DNA from: Eledone cirrhosa
Lineage: Eukaryota
Assembly: GCA_964016885.1 (NCBI GenBank)
Contig: OZ024753.1
Coordinates: forward strand, 1,798,001-1,862,000
Direction of reading: 5' to 3'
DNA: 64,000 nucleotides
A program made the position numbers and the translations under genes. Numbering within the stretch: the stretch's first letter is position 1; each line of letters begins with the position of its first letter. A model generated the notes under the pieces. The model worked only from the letters and a program-made list of their open reading frames with translations, was not told where the DNA came from and searched no databases. Below are positions 59,014 to 64,000 of the stretch, piece by piece.

Positions 59014-59106
59014 TCACCTGGGTGGATGCTCCTTTCGTGACAGGGGTTTGTTGCCAAGCAACTTGTCCAATTCATTCATCAATGGTGGTGTCAACTTTGG
59101 CACATA
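59014..59106 (-). CDS. KCNAB: Kv-beta terminal coding exon (canonical stop TGA at 59016-59014)
   Basis: YVPKLTPPLMNELDKLLGNKPLSRKEHPPR*, matching the KCNAB C-terminus (PKL...EID.ILGNKP.SKKD). Confidence 0.95.
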   Translation of the reverse strand, partial: YVPKLTPPLMNELDKLLGNKPLSRKEHPPR

Positions 59107-60093
59107 CTGTAATACAAAAGCAGAGAATGGTGGTGAAATAATATTACTGGCAAAATTTAATTATAGGTATATGTTGTTATAAGTTTATATAATAAATTCA
59201 TACATATACAGTTTGAGTAGTGCAATATAACACACACACACACATACATACATACACACACACATATATATATATATTTGTTATATATAACATATATATA
59301 AATGTATTAGTAAAAAACTATTATTAACAATGACAAACAATATCTGAACTATTAACTTTAACCCTTTTAAAATCACATTATCTTTCATATGATTTTAAAA
59401 GGGTTAAAGTTAATAGTTCACATTATCTTTAATATGGTTCTGTAACCATCACATATTTCTCTCACAAAAATATATAATATCTCTGTCAATCATTGCCGTA
59501 TTTAAACTGTTTCTTTGGAGCTTAACTTTTGCACTTTGTACCATGATGTTATGAATGATTTTTATATATTAAGTGTTCTTAATGTTATTCTGTGTGGAAT
59601 ATTATTCGGAAGCATTTTAATAAACTCTGAAGACACCTATGCTGAATTACTAATCATGAGTTACTAATCATGAGTTACTAAATATAACTCTCTGTGTGTC
59701 ATTCAATACAGGTAAAAACAGATTAGTTTACAAATGCTTTAACTCTTTGGTGTTATTTAAACTATTAATGTATATATATATAGAGAGAGAGAGATAGATG
59801 CAAATTTACAGTACAAAACAAAATGAAATTAGATATTTCAAATTTGTAGTTTTATACAGAAATAGGTAGGCTAGTTGAAATAATCACGGTTAAGTAATTT
59901 GTGTTTAGACTGATCAGTTTCAGCTATGGGTAACTTTTCAAAATATAATTTTCAAGGCTACATTTGAGGTGGTGTTGTTTAGTTTTTAACACAGATCATT
60001 ATAGTTCTCTGGCCCCTTTAGCATCACACCGCAATGACCTATTCAACCCATGCTAGCATAGAAAATAGATGTAAAATGATGATGTATAAATAC

Positions 60094-60182
60094 CTGTAGA
60101 GCCTGGAGGTTTTCATAAAGTTGATCCACTGATGTAGCTCCGAGTAAGACACAATGAATGGCTTCCTGTCTAATACACCAAG
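60094..60182 (-). CDS. KCNAB: Kv-beta exon
   Basis: AWCIRQEAIHCVLLGATSVDQLYENLQALQ. Confidence 0.96.
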
Positions 60183-60889
60183 CTAAAATATAAAGATAAA
60201 TTTCAATATTTGGTGAGCAGAAGATATCTAAAGAAATGGGTTTGTTAACTCAAATATTTATGTTTTTACTTTACTAGAGGAGAGATCATTGTGAAAATTT
60301 ACAGTTTTAGGTTAAGGACTTTCATTTTTAATTTCCTGCAATCATAGCGCTGTTTTGTACTTTCCAAGCATGCTTTGCTAATGCTGTTTCATGTGAAACA
60401 AAATGTTAAGAATTTAAGGTGATACAGTTTTGTTGCAGAAGATTACTATTATGAGTGAGATAGGGTACCGTATAAAGGGGATGTTTCAACTTATACTGGT
60501 CATTAGTTCAACATTTTAAACCTTACAATGTTTGTCCATCATTGGGAAATGATATATCAGGCAGTAAATTGGCAGAGTTATTAGAACGTAAGATAAAAAG
60601 CATTGATATTCTTTCTGGCTTTCTTTGCAATCCGAGTTAAAATCTTGCCACAGTCAACTTAGCCTTTCAACCTTTCAAGGCCAATAAAAAAAAATGTACC
60701 AGTCTAGTAGTGGGGTTTATTCTTCCTCTATATCTCTTTCTCACTTCCTGGAAGAAATCTTCATATGCCAACCTGAAGAAAGGATAGGCCCCACCAGTTT
60801 TAAAGTGCCCATACGTCATGATGATGCACCTATGATTCCATTAGAAGTTACAGGTTCATACATACATGGGTAAATGAAATGTATCTTAC

Positions 60890-61010
60890 CTATTGCCAGT
60901 TGAGCCAATGAACAACCTAATTTATCAGCAACAACTGCCACTTCTCTAAGTCGTGCTTGCTGTTTGCGGCCCTCTTCACTGAGAATTTTATCTTTCAGCC
61001 ATCCGTAATT
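60890..61010 (-). CDS. KCNAB: Kv-beta exon
   Basis: NYGWLKDKILSEEGRKQQARLREVAVVADKLGCSLAQLAI. Confidence 0.96.
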
Positions 61011-61636
61011 CTGCAGAAAAATATTTAATATTTAATGCATGATACATTAATGGTAATCAATATATTTCATAGAAGCAGCAAATTGATAGTGTTGTTAAAA
61101 CATAAGAATGAATGCTTTGCGGTATTCATTCCAGCTCTTTATGTTCTGAGTTAAAATCATGTCATGGTCAACTTTTTTTTTCATTCCTTTGAGATCAGTA
61201 TAAAAAGTACCAATTCAGTACTAGGGTTGATTCTTCCTCTATACCTCTTTCTCATTGCCTCTCAATAACTCTCTCTCCTTCTCTGGAAGAAATTAGTCAT
61301 GTTCAGACCTAGAGAAGGATGGGCTATGACATGTTTAAAATGTCAACAACAAAAAATGAACCTAATACATGTTATAAAATAGTTAGCATTAGGAAGGACA
61401 TTCAGCAGTAGAAACCAGCAAAGAGGAAAGCTCATCCAAACAATTATCATGAAGATATTGGACAGGTATCTTATCAACCCTGAAAGGATGAAAGGTAAAT
61501 TTGACTCTGGCAGGATTGAACTCAGAGTGAGTCAGAACAAATATCAAGGTATTTTTAATCTGGCAATCTAATGACTCTTCAGTTTGAAGTTATAAATAGT
61601 ATAGATGTTAGCTGTAATCATGTCAGAAGTACGTAC

Positions 61637-61731
61637 CTTTAGGGCAGCACGAGAATAGATCGGAACTCCATCATCATACTTCCCTGAAAGAATTCCTGAT
61701 GCTAATGGGGACCAGCAAACTGTACCAACAC
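61637..61731 (-). CDS. KCNAB: Kv-beta exon
   Basis: [32 protein letters not shown]; AKR WSPL motif. Confidence 0.96.
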
Positions 61732-62665
61732 CTGCAAATGAAAAGAAATATTTGATTCCACATCTAGACTTAATAGTATTGAGTTTTATTACACATTACA
61801 CAACACAATATACAAATTATTACAAAGAGGCGATGGGCACTGCCAAGTTTTTTTATGTAGAATGATGATGGAAACTTTTTAGAAATATATAAATACCATG
61901 GAACCAGGGGTTGCTTCAGGTAGTCTGGTATCAAAATGATTAAAATCTATCACAATTCATACATCACATCATTTTTGGAAGGTGTCCTCTTATGATGAAA
62001 CAATCACATGACTAAGATTAAAGAATGATTCTAATGAGATTCAAAATCACAATCATCCAGTTGCAGATCACATGATCACTTTTATTTTAACTTGTTTTGT
62101 TTCAAAAATATGTAGACTGTATATGGATGTTACAGGCAATGAATTGGCAGATTCATTAGAATGCCAGTTATGTTTTGCAGTATTTGTTCCTGCTCTCTGA
62201 ACTTTCACAGCTCAAATCTCATAGATCTCAACTTTGCCTTTCAACTTTTCAAGGTCGATAAAAAGAACACCAGTTAAGTATTGTAGTCAATTCTTCCTCT
62301 ACATCTCTTTCTCCCTTCCATTCTCTTGCACTCTATCTTTCTCTTGAAGAAATAGGTTATGTTCAAACCTGGGGCGGGGAATGGCCTCTGCCAGGTTTAA
62401 AATGACTAAGATACATTGTAGGTCACAATGACATGCGTACAGTTCCTGTTCCATCTTTTATTTCTCATTCTATCTTCTGATGAAGGACTAGTATCTGAAA
62501 TGTTAAGACTCTTTTCCTATTATTTCAAGCGTTAAACTAATATATTTTTCATTGTACTGGTCATTTGCCTTTTTATTTCTGTTTACTTTTCATACACACA
62601 CACAATATATATATATATATAGATAGATATAACAGACAGTGCTGTAATGATATGGTGGAATTTAC

Positions 62666-62786
62666 CAATTTTTGTGTAGATCTCATGCATGTGAAGCTCA
62701 ACCTTGTCTCGATGAAACATGTTATATTCAGCTTGTTCAGCAGTTGGTGGGATCAGGTTAAATTGGCGGGCTACAGCATAACTTTC
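62666..62786 (-). CDS. KCNAB: Voltage-gated K+ channel beta subunit (KCNAB/Hyperkinetic-like), internal exon; upstream exons lie beyond the window
   Basis: [40 protein letters not shown](G), similar to KCNAB2 [32 protein letters not shown]/GT flanked. Confidence 0.95.
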
Positions 62787-64000
62787 CTATACAATGTCAA
62801 AAGATAATAGAAACAAAAATAGTAAAACCAAAAATTGAAGAAAACATTATTTAAAAAAAAAAAATCATATTGAGAAATATTGATCACATATTTAAGAAAT
62901 AAAAAACATAGGCGTGAATATTTCCTATGTTTTTAATATCAGAAATAATATAGTTTGGTTAAATGAGCATGGTAGACAACTCAGTAATATTTGCACCTTG
63001 CAATGATTTGTCAGCAAAAGAACACACACTCACACACGCGTATAGAGAAATTCGTTTACAAATTTAAAAACTGGAAGGATATAGATGAAAAAGTTATATC
63101 GGCTCCAAATACGATATTTATTACAATAAACTGTACATAAGGCTACATACAATTAAAAAATATATATATATATGAATTCCTAATATGCAAGTTGATCCAC
63201 ATGTAGAGCAAATTTTACATTAAAATATATTACCAAACAATTATATCATAATTTGATTTACATGTTTCATCCGAATAGGACTCGGATTTCACATTGGCAC
63301 TCAAATGAATAATTATACATTAAAAGAGTATTGTATAAGTAAAGTTTCTTTTTTGCAAAGATACTAAGTTCATCTACCATATATATATATATATAATCAT
63401 CATCATCATCATCATCGTTTAATGTCTATTTTCCACACTAGCATGGGTTAGACAGCAGTTGTCCCACCTGAGGCAAGATTGGTCGGGTGACCGTGTCTCG
63501 CTCGTATAGGACTGTCTGCCCTTCCTATTCCTAACACCACACACACACACATATATATACACGCGCGCGCGCGTGCGCGTGTTAAGACATAAGATAGTAA
63601 ATTTAGTTAGAGTTAACTCCCTTGAACTGGGCTGTTAAATTACCAGATCAGAGAAATCAACCTACTCATTTCCACTAAACGAAACCCTCATAATTCGCGG
63701 TATAAATGAAATGGGAAGTTGTGCTATTAATATATTTACATAATCATTGACAACAGATGCAAATCGTTTAAAGTAAATGGCGCCATGGAATATTTGAATG
63801 CTCAAAATTAAGGATATAGGTCCAGTGTAGTCTTTGATGGTAATCCAGTTGCTTAATCCAAGGATTTGGTAATGGTAGTGTCAATAGGAGTAATTGCCTG
63901 CACATGTTTAATATAGTGAACAAGAGAACAAGAAAACACAAATATCAACAAGATAGAATAGGGTGTATATATACACAAACACATATGTACATATATCATC

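Noticed and set aside
63740-63900. Possible next upstream Kv-beta exon
   Set aside because: No frame gives the expected xxYWGTSRW segment; that exon must lie beyond the window

Overview
AT-rich, repeat-dense animal genomic DNA. The SINE, RTE and microsatellite landscape suggests an octopus or other coleoid cephalopod (inference). I reconstructed two spliced protein-coding genes, both on the minus strand, by hand from GT-AG boundaries. (1) A complete 17-exon GBA2 gene (non-lysosomal glucosylceramidase, GH116; CDS 23886->3574, 863 aa). (2) The last five coding exons of a voltage-gated K+ channel beta subunit (KCNAB/Hyperkinetic-type aldo-keto reductase; 62786->59014). The most striking observation concerns the Kv-beta stop codon. 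It is TGA-CTAG, a known leaky readthrough context, and is followed by a GC-rich, hairpin-forming, in-frame 70-codon extension ending in a CaaX prenylation motif (CSIQ*). This suggests a readthrough- or editing-dependent lipid-anchored Kv-beta isoform. The rest of the window holds a dead IR/DR-type Tc1 transposon abutting a ~6.2 kb (TA/CA)n tract, RTE, CR1 and R4/Dong LINE fragments, tRNA-derived SINEs, and piggyBac-like and Tc1-like MITEs. It also holds several palindromic Penelope-like remnants carrying minimal type I hammerhead ribozyme motifs. Most ORFs in the supplied track, including the >2000 aa ones, are repeat artefacts.
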